20,000 bases of DNA from an uncultured virus (IMG/VR IMGVR_UViG_3300033463_000102). Its lineage: Duplodnaviria > Heunggongvirae > Uroviricota > Caudoviricetes. Below the pieces are notes generated by a model. The model made no database searches. It had not been told where the DNA came from and was given only the letters and a program-made list of their open reading frames with translations. The DNA is taken from the IMG/VR virus record IMGVR_UViG_3300033463_000102; one strand, given 5' to 3'. A program made the position numbers and the translations under genes. Below are positions 8,531 to 15,746 of the stretch, in pieces (positions within the stretch are counted from its first letter, which is position 1; the number at the start of each line of letters is the position of its first letter).

Positions 8531-8659
8531 GTGTGATGGCAGGGTTCGAACCTACAACATCGGGATTACAAATCCTAAGTAACCCGCCCTGTCGCAACCA
8601 TTTCAGGAGAAAAGGCGGACGGGTAACATTCCGTGCTCTACCAGTTGAGCTACATCACA
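8531..8659 (-). tRNA. tRNA-like gene with UGU (Thr) anticodon and a 56-nt insertion in the anticodon stem
   Basis: Acceptor TGTGATG/CATCACA, D arm GCTC-AACTGGTA-GAGC, T arm GTAGG-TTCGAAC-CCTGC, anticodon loop TT-TGT-AA. Removing 8576-8631 leaves a canonical 73-nt cloverleaf with stem CGGGA/TCCCG. Confidence 0.85.
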
Positions 8660-8669
8660 CTTTTAATAA

Positions 8670-9395
8670 CTAGAACGGGAGGTCCGAGTCTTCGAAGCTA
8701 GTAGCACTCGTTGCTGCAGCCTGTTCCATCAATTGCTTCTTGGCAGTGGAGCCCTTCGGCAATGCCGGGGGAGCAGTCTTTGCCTTCTGCTGTTCTTCGG
8801 CAGGTTCGGAAGACTCTTCCTTTGCACGGATGCCGATGCCATCAGCCAACTTATAGTCAAGGGCTTCTGAAAGCATCCATTCAGGAATATCGTCGATACC
8901 GACTTCCTTTGCAGTCTTTGAAGCAGGAGAGATGCTTACGATGTCATTGAAGGTCTTTCCTTTCTTGGAAGTGACCTGATTGACCATAAGGCGACCCTTC
9001 TTGCCGATGAACTTGCTGACATCGAAATGGGCACCGTTTTCGTCAGTGACGAGAAGTCCGCCCTTTTTCAGGATATCAACGATGGTCGGCCAATCCGTCT
9101 TGTTGAACCACTTGGAAATTTCCTTGCGGAACACCGAGCGTTCATCAGCACAAATCTTCCAGCGCTTGCCGAGAAGACTATGCACGAGGCCTTCGCTGTC
9201 TGCGAGCTGCCAAATGAGCTGGATTTTCGGGCCATGGTCATCGCCTTCGAACACATGGGGCTTGATGACATAGCCACGGACGACTGCATCATAGACTCCT
9301 TCTTCGAGCAGGAACTTGGATGTGGTTTCCCCGCTTTCGAATGCTGCGAGTTCTTCTTCATTGAGGTCTAGTCCGAGATTGATTTCGTTACTCAT
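8670..9395 (-). CDS. Single-stranded DNA-binding protein-like (phage SSB)
   Basis: ATG at 9395 with an AGGAG RBS. Beta-rich core starting EEGVYDAVV, a flexible tail and an acidic C-terminus ending EDSDLPF. Adjacent to primase and helicase. Confidence 0.75.
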   Translation of the reverse strand: MSNEINLGLDLNEEELAAFESGETTSKFLLEEGVYDAVVRGYVIKPHVFEGDDHGPKIQLIWQLADSEGLVHSLLGKRWKICADERSVFRKEISKWFNKTDWPTIVDILKKGGLLVTDENGAHFDVSKFIGKKGRLMVNQVTSKKGKTFNDIVSISPASKTAKEVGIDDIPEWMLSEALDYKLADGIGIRAKEESSEPAEEQQKAKTAPPALPKGSTAKKQLMEQAAATSATSFEDSDLPF

Positions 9396-9476
9396 ATTAT
9401 TACTCCTATTGAGATTGTTAGCACCAGCACGGTGGATTTCTGTGACGGGACGTGCCCCTTTCAAGTCTGTACCTAT

Positions 9477-9522
9477 AGTTTAGCATTTTTATCTTCGACT
9501 GTCAAGAGTTTTTTATAAAAAA
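9477..9522 (-). promoter_or_regulatory. Sigma70-like promoter with AT-rich upstream element
   Basis: TTTTTTATAAAA-AACTC-TTGACA-17 nt-TAAACT. Confidence 0.8.
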
Positions 9523-9538
9523 GCATGTTATTTTTTCT

Positions 9539-10378
9539 TTACATTAGTCTTGCAGCCATTCGCATGAATTCGTCTATGAAATCTGCCTCTACAGATTGAG
9601 CCAACCTTTCCACGCACATGAAGTCAAGTCCATGCCTTTTCAGGTAGGTAAGGATTTCGAACGATGTCCTGTTGCGTTCACCCTCGTGCATTTCACCGAG
9701 AGCCTTTTCGGCCCATCGGAGCATCCTTTCTTCCTCTTCCTTTTCTGTGACAGGATTGCCGTATTTCTTGTTGAACTCGGCGGCGGCATGCTGGAAGTCG
9801 ATTTCATTGTGGCCCCGTTCACGCTCGGCTTCAACCTTGTTCCAGTCAATTGAATATTTTGTCCCCTTGTTGTAGGCCCAACGATACGGCGACTTGGGTT
9901 CCCTTATGATGGGAATGAGCTGACAGTGGCCACGGTCGAAACAGGAAGGGTCACAGCCCCATTCGTTGACCATCGCCTTCTTGAAGTAGTAGTCCTGCAA
10001 GTCACAGTCCAACGGCTTGTCGAGCGGAAGGATTACACGGAAGCGGTCATGGTCTCCCTTGTAGGTATGGCTATGGCTCGTGTACAACGCATAGGACAGG
10101 CCCTTGTGGTCTGCTATCCATTCATCGACAGAGCACGAGGAATCATAGTCTATCTGCAAGAAGTAAAGGCTTGCAAGGTTTGCCCCGATATACTGGGCCT
10201 GCATAGTCACTGGATTGAGCACAGGATTGGCCACGAGCGTTCCGTAGATGCCAAGGGGAGCCTCTTCCTTGTTCGGGCATACAAATGGCTTCTTGATGAG
10301 TTCAAGCCACTTCTCTGCCGTAGGGCGCCAGTGCCACAGGCTTTTATCATAGAAGTGTTTTCTGATGAGGATATCCAT
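9539..10378 (-). CDS. AEP-superfamily primase/prim-pol with a PriCT-like C-terminus
   Basis: Motif I QIDYD, motif II YTSHSH, RFRVILPL, motif III region DPSCFD, and C-terminal GERN. GGAGG RBS. Confidence 0.8.
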   Translation of the reverse strand: MDILIRKHFYDKSLWHWRPTAEKWLELIKKPFVCPNKEEAPLGIYGTLVANPVLNPVTMQAQYIGANLASLYFLQIDYDSSCSVDEWIADHKGLSYALYTSHSHTYKGDHDRFRVILPLDKPLDCDLQDYYFKKAMVNEWGCDPSCFDRGHCQLIPIIREPKSPYRWAYNKGTKYSIDWNKVEAERERGHNEIDFQHAAAEFNKKYGNPVTEKEEEERMLRWAEKALGEMHEGERNRTSFEILTYLKRHGLDFMCVERLAQSVEADFIDEFMRMAARLM

Positions 10379-10386
10379 GTTGCCTC

Positions 10387-11883
10387 CTAGAATAGCACAG
10401 ACGTATCGCTGCTTTCAATAGTTGAGTCTTTCATCATCCGTTCAGAAACGGGAGCATCGTCGGTGTCAAAATCTACATAAATTTTCCCGTTCGGACCAGT
10501 GCAGTCAGGAAGGATATGCTGAACATCACGGGCGAAGTATTGCAGTGCCTTGCCCTTGTTTCCAGTTTCCTTGCACCAGTTCGAGTAGAAACGGAAAGCA
10601 CTTTCGAGCTTTGTCTTGCCGATGCGGAGGTTGACAGCATCGGCCCACATTTTCGTCGTAGTCTTCGTCGGGTAATAGCTTGCCTGAATTGCCTGAACTT
10701 GCTTGCCAACTTCCGTATCAGGGTCGAAGTAGCCATCATCCGAGTCTTCGTCAATGGACTTCCAGAAGTATATGGAATTGTCCAAGTACTTGTTGATTTC
10801 ATCAAAAGACTTCGGGCGTGTTCCAGTGCAGTTGAAGTCGAAGAAGCGGCGCATGGTGGTTTCGTCGTAGATGACATCGTAGAGGTGTTCATTAGCCGAG
10901 CTGATGCAGCTGAATGTAATCCTACGCTTTGCCTGTTCCTGAGTTCCGTAAACACGGGCATCCATCTTGTCGCCCGTGATGATGGATTTGAGGATTGCCT
11001 TCTGGTCAGCAGTAAGGCGCCCACCGCTAGTCTCTGATTCCACGTTCACGGCCATTTCATCGAAGATTAGGATGAAGTTTTCCGTGAGGCGCTTGATTTC
11101 CTTGGTATCATCGAAAAGCTTGGAAATGCTTGTCGTAGACGTAAAGTCCGTGAATGGAGATGAAATCTTGTTGAGGGCAGTTGTCTTGCCTATTCCAGCA
11201 GCGCCAAAGAAGTTCAGCCAGATGTGGTACTTTACAGGCCTGTCATTCATCTTGCGCTTCACCTGCCATGCCCAGTGCTTCATAAGAGTGGAAAAGATTT
11301 CATAGCTTTCAGTAGGCTTAAAGTATTCATAGATTGCTTTTAGCCAGCGTTCGCCGATAGCTTCACAGCGGGCATCGTATCTTACATTGTTAGATACAAT
11401 GGCAAGGCCATCCTGATACCCATGCATGGCCATGGTCTGCAAGGTGCTCTTGATGGCATCAGCTGTATAATGGCCCGCCCCGTTATAGATGTCGCTCATG
11501 ATGGCGACCCTGAGGTTATCTAGGTCTTTGTAGGTGGCAACGCCCAATGCTGTGTACTTGATTTCCTTCCATGCGGGGCTGATGTACCAGTCCCTTGAAT
11601 GGTCCTTTAACCATTTGGTAATGAATTCCTTTGGTGACGGCTGGTCTTCTTCATCTTCGTTGGATGGCCACTTCCTTTTCTGTTCATCCTTTACAAACTT
11701 TTCGATGTCTTCTAATTCAAGGGGAGCCCATGTTCCAGTACCTTCACGGAACCTTTTAAGTTTCATCCACTCTGTCCAGATAGTATCTACATCTGTCTTT
11801 CGTCTTCCTTTATCACGAAGTCCACCATTTTTCTGGACTTCATAGTTCTCCCCGAACCATTGTTTGAAGTGTTCATTAGTCAT
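10387..11883 (-). CDS. VapE/SF3-type P-loop helicase
   Basis: Walker A GAAGIGKT, Walker B ILIFDE, LKSIITG, motif C ISSAN, arginine finger MRRF, and a C-terminal winged-helix-like segment (FYSNWCKETG). Confidence 0.85.
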   Translation of the reverse strand: MTNEHFKQWFGENYEVQKNGGLRDKGRRKTDVDTIWTEWMKLKRFREGTGTWAPLELEDIEKFVKDEQKRKWPSNEDEEDQPSPKEFITKWLKDHSRDWYISPAWKEIKYTALGVATYKDLDNLRVAIMSDIYNGAGHYTADAIKSTLQTMAMHGYQDGLAIVSNNVRYDARCEAIGERWLKAIYEYFKPTESYEIFSTLMKHWAWQVKRKMNDRPVKYHIWLNFFGAAGIGKTTALNKISSPFTDFTSTTSISKLFDDTKEIKRLTENFILIFDEMAVNVESETSGGRLTADQKAILKSIITGDKMDARVYGTQEQAKRRITFSCISSANEHLYDVIYDETTMRRFFDFNCTGTRPKSFDEINKYLDNSIYFWKSIDEDSDDGYFDPDTEVGKQVQAIQASYYPTKTTTKMWADAVNLRIGKTKLESAFRFYSNWCKETGNKGKALQYFARDVQHILPDCTGPNGKIYVDFDTDDAPVSERMMKDSTIESSDTSVLF

Positions 11884-11896
11884 TTCTACGTACCTT

Positions 11897-11997
11897 AAAA
11901 ATAAAACCCGTGTCGTCCTTGTTTAAAGTTAGCAGCTTTGGGCACGGACGACACGGGTCTACGGTAGTAGAAAACTCTTTATGCCCAGGTGCTGCTA
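11897..11997 (-). promoter_or_regulatory. Attenuator/pseudoknot-like structured leader of the helicase-primase operon
   Basis: Perfect 13-bp inverted repeat (11906-11918/11946-11958) with a T tract. Its loop is complementary to 11981-11997. Confidence 0.65.
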
Positions 11998-12026
11998 GAA
12001 CCTTTACATATTGTTTATACATCATT

Positions 12027-12055
12027 AATATATATTTTTTTTCTGAGTTCTGCAA
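12027..12055 (-). promoter_or_regulatory. Leftward sigma70-like promoter
   Basis: TTGCAG-17 nt-TATATT upstream of the replication genes. Confidence 0.65.
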
Positions 12056-12134
12056 GGCCAAGTGAAAATATTTTTCTCTTTCCATAGCCAGTCAATGGGG
12101 TAGTCTTTAACTACCTCATCCCTTTTCTGTGTCC

Positions 12135-12256
12135 AAAAATTCTCTCCTTATATTCTTTAATTTAACGTATATATATATCAAAATGCCGTTTTTGAGCGAA
12201 TTTCGAGGTTTTGATATATATATACGTACTTTTAAAGAATATATAGGGGAATTTTT
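12135..12256. repeat. Large AT-rich imperfect palindrome; candidate replication origin
   Basis: Perfect 19-bp arms ACGTATATATATATCAAAA (12165-12183/12209-12227), 12-bp arms (12149-12160/12232-12243) and 8-bp arms (12135-12142/12249-12256), with a 25-nt central spacer. Confidence 0.85.
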
Positions 12257-12263
12257 TTTCACC

Positions 12264-12309
12264 TTTTTTATAAAAGGTACTTGACAAGTGTAAACACTTT
12301 TGATATATT
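12264..12309 (+). promoter_or_regulatory. Rightward sigma70-like promoter with an overlapping palindromic operator
   Basis: TTTTTTATAAAA-GGTAC-TTGACA-17 nt-TATATT. The palindrome AAGTGT-AA-ACACTT lies at 12286-12299. Confidence 0.85.
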
Positions 12310-12341
12310 TATGGCATCAACACAAACACAAGAGGTAAACA

Positions 12342-12734
12342 ATGAACAATAAGGAAAACACATCCATCACAGAACTCCCTTTCCAGACTGGTCTCAAGAA
12401 GTTCCTGAACCGCAAGGGTCTCACCCAGAAAGCACTGGCCGACAAGATTTACGTCTCGTCATGCACGGTATCACAGTGGACTCGTGGCAGCTATGACCCT
12501 AGCGTGACAGTCTCCCTGCTCATTCTGGAAGGCATGACGCTCGAAGAAATCTTCGGTGCGGACGTGATGGACAAGATTCTTGAAAACGAGAAGGAAAGCA
12601 CCAACGCAATCCTTCGCCACATCAACGCACAGTCCTCGCCCAAGAAGGAAGAACCCAAGAAGGAAACGAGGGCCGAGAAACAGAAAGCTGGCTTCATGAG
12701 CCGTCTGACCATGCTGTTCAGCGCAAAGAGGTAA
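12342..12734 (+). CDS. XRE-family helix-turn-helix regulator
   Basis: KGLTQKALADKIYVSSCTVSQWTRG..DP pattern. GAGGT RBS. Confidence 0.9.
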   Translation: MNNKENTSITELPFQTGLKKFLNRKGLTQKALADKIYVSSCTVSQWTRGSYDPSVTVSLLILEGMTLEEIFGADVMDKILENEKESTNAILRHINAQSSPKKEEPKKETRAEKQKAGFMSRLTMLFSAKR

Positions 12735-12736
12735 TA

Positions 12737-12937
12737 ATGAAGAGAACACAGTTCCAAGAAGGCCTGATGGCCTTTATGAAAAGAAAAGATTACACACAGC
12801 AGGAGCTTGCCGATAACATAGGTGTCACACGCACGTCAGTGAACTACTGGGTCAATGGACGGCATGAGCCTATGCTCCGTGACATAAACAAGCTGATAGA
12901 GGCAGGCATGAGCATTGAGGAAATCTTCGGAAAGTAA
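12737..12937 (+). CDS. Small XRE-family HTH regulator (Cro-like)
   Basis: YTQQELADNIGVTRTSVNYWVNG..EP pattern. GAGGT RBS. Confidence 0.9.
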   Translation: MKRTQFQEGLMAFMKRKDYTQQELADNIGVTRTSVNYWVNGRHEPMLRDINKLIEAGMSIEEIFGK

Positions 12938-12975
12938 AAAACAGGGTCGTCCTTTCGGGCGGCCCTTCAACCTTT
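12936..12975. terminator. Probable terminator (possibly bidirectional) between convergent operons
   Basis: AGGGTCGTCC-TTTC-GGGCGGCCCT hairpin (12943-12966), with an A tract on the left and a weak T tract on the right. Confidence 0.65.
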
Positions 12976-12985
12976 TGTACATAGG

Positions 12986-13630
12986 CTACAAGACATTCTG
13001 GACATAGCGGAAGACGTGCCCGCTTTTGACCCTGACATCGGCATGAACAGGAATTCCCTTTTCCTTGCACTTGCATGCAAAGAACAGGTCTTCCCCGAGC
13101 ACGCTGTGCTTCTCGTCCTCGTAGTTCACCCACTTGAAGTAAGGGTAGCCTAGCTTCTTGAACACGTCCGTCTTGATTAGGGCGCACCCTAGGCCGCCAC
13201 CGTGAACCCTTATCTTCGTGGCACCGTCTGTAACCATCTTCTCGATTTCCTGTGCGGTGTACTCGGATTCAAGAGGAAAGCTGAAATACTCGCTGCCGTC
13301 GAGCTTGTAGAGCTTACAGATGTTCGTATTGCCCTTGTAGGAGCCGTCAGTGGTCCTATGGGCATAGAAGGACAGGCAAACGTCCACAGGGTTCTCCAGC
13401 ATCAGTTTGAGGGCATTGCTGGGGATGACGTTGTCGGCATCCACCATTAGCACGTAGTCGGCATTTATGGCCATAGCTTCCTCGGCAATCCTGTTTCTGG
13501 CCGAGGCGCAGTCGTAGCCCCTTACGAAGTCGAACAGGCACCAGTGGCCGCATCTGTCGAGGCCATAGATTGAACGGAAGGTTTCTGGACAGATAGTGTC
13601 CGAACATGGAATCGCAATCAGTATCTTCAT
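12986..13630 (-). CDS. GT-A fold (GT2-like) glycosyltransferase
   Basis: MKILIAIP N-terminal strand, ARN, YVLMVDAD (DxD), GGLGCALIK, GEDLFF and GH motifs. GAGGT RBS. Confidence 0.85.
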   Translation of the reverse strand: MKILIAIPCSDTICPETFRSIYGLDRCGHWCLFDFVRGYDCASARNRIAEEAMAINADYVLMVDADNVIPSNALKLMLENPVDVCLSFYAHRTTDGSYKGNTNICKLYKLDGSEYFSFPLESEYTAQEIEKMVTDGATKIRVHGGGLGCALIKTDVFKKLGYPYFKWVNYEDEKHSVLGEDLFFACKCKEKGIPVHADVRVKSGHVFRYVQNVL

Positions 13631-13639
13631 ATTTACCTC

Positions 13640-14302
13640 TTAGTAATTGGCGTCCTTCGGCTTGTCTGAGTAAACGTGGACCCTGCCACTATACACTTTA
13701 AGGCCATTGAATGCTGCCCACGGACTCCACAATTTTTCACAGCAGTAGCCGAAGAAACGCTTGGAATCCTTGGGCGCCTCTATATGTGCACACAGGTTGA
13801 ACAGCATGGCACAGTATTCATCAACAATATATTCACGTCCAATGAACATGTTTGTCCAAGAAAATTCAGACGGGTAATGCGTCTTCATGTAGCGCTTGTA
13901 GAAGTCCCCGAAGCCGTTGTTGAACCTGTTCATCTTTTCGATATGGCCAATCTTGCTGTCCACGGGCATGCAGTATCGGTCCATTGTTCCGCCAAAGAAG
14001 ACGTAGTTGTTCGTCAATATCACGTCGTAGTCTTTCAGGATAGCCTCGATTTCGTCAGGCTCCAAGAGGTGTGTCCCAGTCCTGTCCCAGATGGCCCTGC
14101 GGTAGTGTTCCAGCCCCTTGTATGAAACTCCGTGGACATTCTTCCAAAGGTAGTATAGCCCAGTTATTTCGTTGTACAGCGGGTTCAGCTCATCTATGTT
14201 GTCGCCTTCGTGCGGTTCGTCCACAAGGAACTTCGTGCGGCCATGTTCAGGGGCGACATCGAACTTGTTCTTGGCCATGCCTACTGAATAAATTACCCCC
14301 AT
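13640..14302 (-). CDS. DUF4422-family glycosyltransferase
   Basis: GDNIDELNPLYNEITGLYYLWKN, GLEHYRR, NMFI, YC..LF and RFFGYCCE match the DUF4422 pattern. Start is 14302 or 14278. Confidence 0.85.
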   Translation of the reverse strand: MGVIYSVGMAKNKFDVAPEHGRTKFLVDEPHEGDNIDELNPLYNEITGLYYLWKNVHGVSYKGLEHYRRAIWDRTGTHLLEPDEIEAILKDYDVILTNNYVFFGGTMDRYCMPVDSKIGHIEKMNRFNNGFGDFYKRYMKTHYPSEFSWTNMFIGREYIVDEYCAMLFNLCAHIEAPKDSKRFFGYCCEKLWSPWAAFNGLKVYSGRVHVYSDKPKDANY

Positions 14303-14520
14303 TCTCCAAGCCTCTCCAAGGCAGCATTGAGCAATGCCTTCTTGCAGTCCCTGCATATACAGCGGACTTCGTGGTTGCACTTGATTGCCGTTACTTCTAT
14401 TGCGGCGGTAAGGTACTCGCCAGCAATCGTAGTGTCGGCATATACCTTGGTGGATTCGTCACTGACGGGCCTGTTGCACAGGTCGCAGATTATTTCTTCC
14501 GTGGTGATGATTCTTTTCAT
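14293..14520 (-). CDS. Small zinc-binding hypothetical protein
   Basis: CDLC and CRDC pairs. GGAGG RBS. Confidence 0.7.
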   Translation of the reverse strand: MKRIITTEEIICDLCNRPVSDESTKVYADTTIAGEYLTAAIEVTAIKCNHEVRCICRDCKKALLNAALERLGEWG

Positions 14521-14521
14521 G

Positions 14522-15406
14522 CTATGCCTCCTTGAGCTTTCCTACGTATGGCTTGCCGTCCTTCATCGGGCGACCATTCAAAATCCACCAGTCGTACATG
14601 TAGTACGGCGAGAAGTCTATCTGCATCGGTGCGTTTATCTGTTCAAGCATGGCCGTAAGCAAGACCTCGCAATGCCATGGCTTTCCCGGCACGTCGTTGC
14701 CGTTAATCTTGATGAAGTCTTCCCACGTCACCTGATTCTCTGCGCACCACTCACGGAAGCGCTTGCAGTTTATCCAGTAGAATGACCCGCAGTAATGGTT
14801 CTGGTAGTCCGTGCTAACAAGGTCGCCAACACGGCCAGGAATGGCCGCAAGGTAAGGGTCTAACCAATGTCGCTCAGTGCAGTCCACTGCCCCGTAAGTG
14901 ATGCTGTCGAAGCCGTCGATGTCGAACATGTAGTCGTACATGAGGGCGTTCCAGAAGAGTATATTCTTCATGCGGAAAACGTCGTAATGACTTTTCTTTC
15001 CTTTGAAATGGATACGGGCCACCCAGTCGCAGTCTCCCTTCAAGGCCTGCCCTATGGTTTCAAGGAAGCTTATTTCCTCGCCCCTTGTGGTATCGTTCTT
15101 GATTCTTACCACGGTTATGCCGTCAAGGCCTTCGGGTATAGGAAGTTCGCTTGCATAAAACAGGATGACACGCCTGAACATCGACTTGGCCTTGCGCAGC
15201 ACGTAGAGGTGTACCTGCTCGGTGGCCGTCAGTTCTTCGTTCTCTCTCCACCAGTGTATAACGAGGCAACTGTTAGGTGGAGTCCTCTTTGGTTCAGGCG
15301 TAGGTATCTTGTACTTAGACCATATAGGGAAGCTTCTCGCCAGTTCATAGTCGAGGAAGGACTTCCCCGGTATCTTCTTCGACTGTGGTATTTTTCGTTG
15401 AGCCAT
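14522..15406 (-). CDS. Putative glycosyltransferase-like protein
   Basis: RGEEISFL, ARIHFKG, HYCGSFYW and CE motifs resemble the viral HTKG...HYSGNFWW / RgpF-like proteins. Clustered with two clearer GTs. Confidence 0.55.
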   Translation of the reverse strand: MAQRKIPQSKKIPGKSFLDYELARSFPIWSKYKIPTPEPKRTPPNSCLVIHWWRENEELTATEQVHLYVLRKAKSMFRRVILFYASELPIPEGLDGITVVRIKNDTTRGEEISFLETIGQALKGDCDWVARIHFKGKKSHYDVFRMKNILFWNALMYDYMFDIDGFDSITYGAVDCTERHWLDPYLAAIPGRVGDLVSTDYQNHYCGSFYWINCKRFREWCAENQVTWEDFIKINGNDVPGKPWHCEVLLTAMLEQINAPMQIDFSPYYMYDWWILNGRPMKDGKPYVGKLKEA

Positions 15407-15746
15407 AACTAATCCTCGGATTGACTTGCTCCATGCGGTAGAGTATCTTCCATAGGGCTTTCAGGCGACCTCGCCAGTCGTTGTTCCCCTTGCCCCATAG
15501 CCAATGAACTACCTCATGGGCCGTCTTAGATAAAAATATAAAATTTTTTTCGCATTCTATATTTTCATATTCACTTTCATCTAAGTTTATATGATGAAGG
15601 TTTGCGGTGGGCCCGAGCTTCGAGCCAGTGACGGCACAGAACTTCTGCTTCTCCTTCATGTACTTGCGGAACTTCATCCACTTAGAGGAACGCCTGAACT
15701 TTGTCTTGGCCGCTTGGGCCTTGCTGTGATTGCGCTTAAATTTCAT
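15345..15746 (-). CDS. HNH endonuclease
   Basis: FRRSSKW..FR, CAVTG, LHH, N and H...H pattern typical of small phage HNH proteins. Confidence 0.75.
   Translation of the reverse strand: MKFKRNHSKAQAAKTKFRRSSKWMKFRKYMKEKQKFCAVTGSKLGPTANLHHINLDESEYENIECEKNFIFLSKTAHEVVHWLWGKGNNDWRGRLKALWKILYRMEQVNPRISYGSTKNTTVEEDTGEVLPRL

Noticed and set aside
8576..8631. tRNA insert as a group I/II intron or archaeal BHB intron
   Set aside because: It is far too short for a self-splicing intron, and no clean bulge-helix-bulge could be drawn at either possible junction.
39..11845. Numerous plus-strand and alternative-frame ORFs (e.g. 2071-2787, 5693-6391, 10516-11037)
   Set aside because: They are shadows of well-supported minus-strand genes, with no RBS or recognisable motifs.
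12026..12085. N-terminal part of the 69-aa ORF 11876-12085
   Set aside because: It overlaps the predicted -35/-10 promoter. Only the part from 12025/12022 is plausible.
12135..12256. Protelomerase (telRL-type) site
   Set aside because: Such sites are uninterrupted palindromes, whereas this one has a 25-nt spacer and no protelomerase gene is visible.
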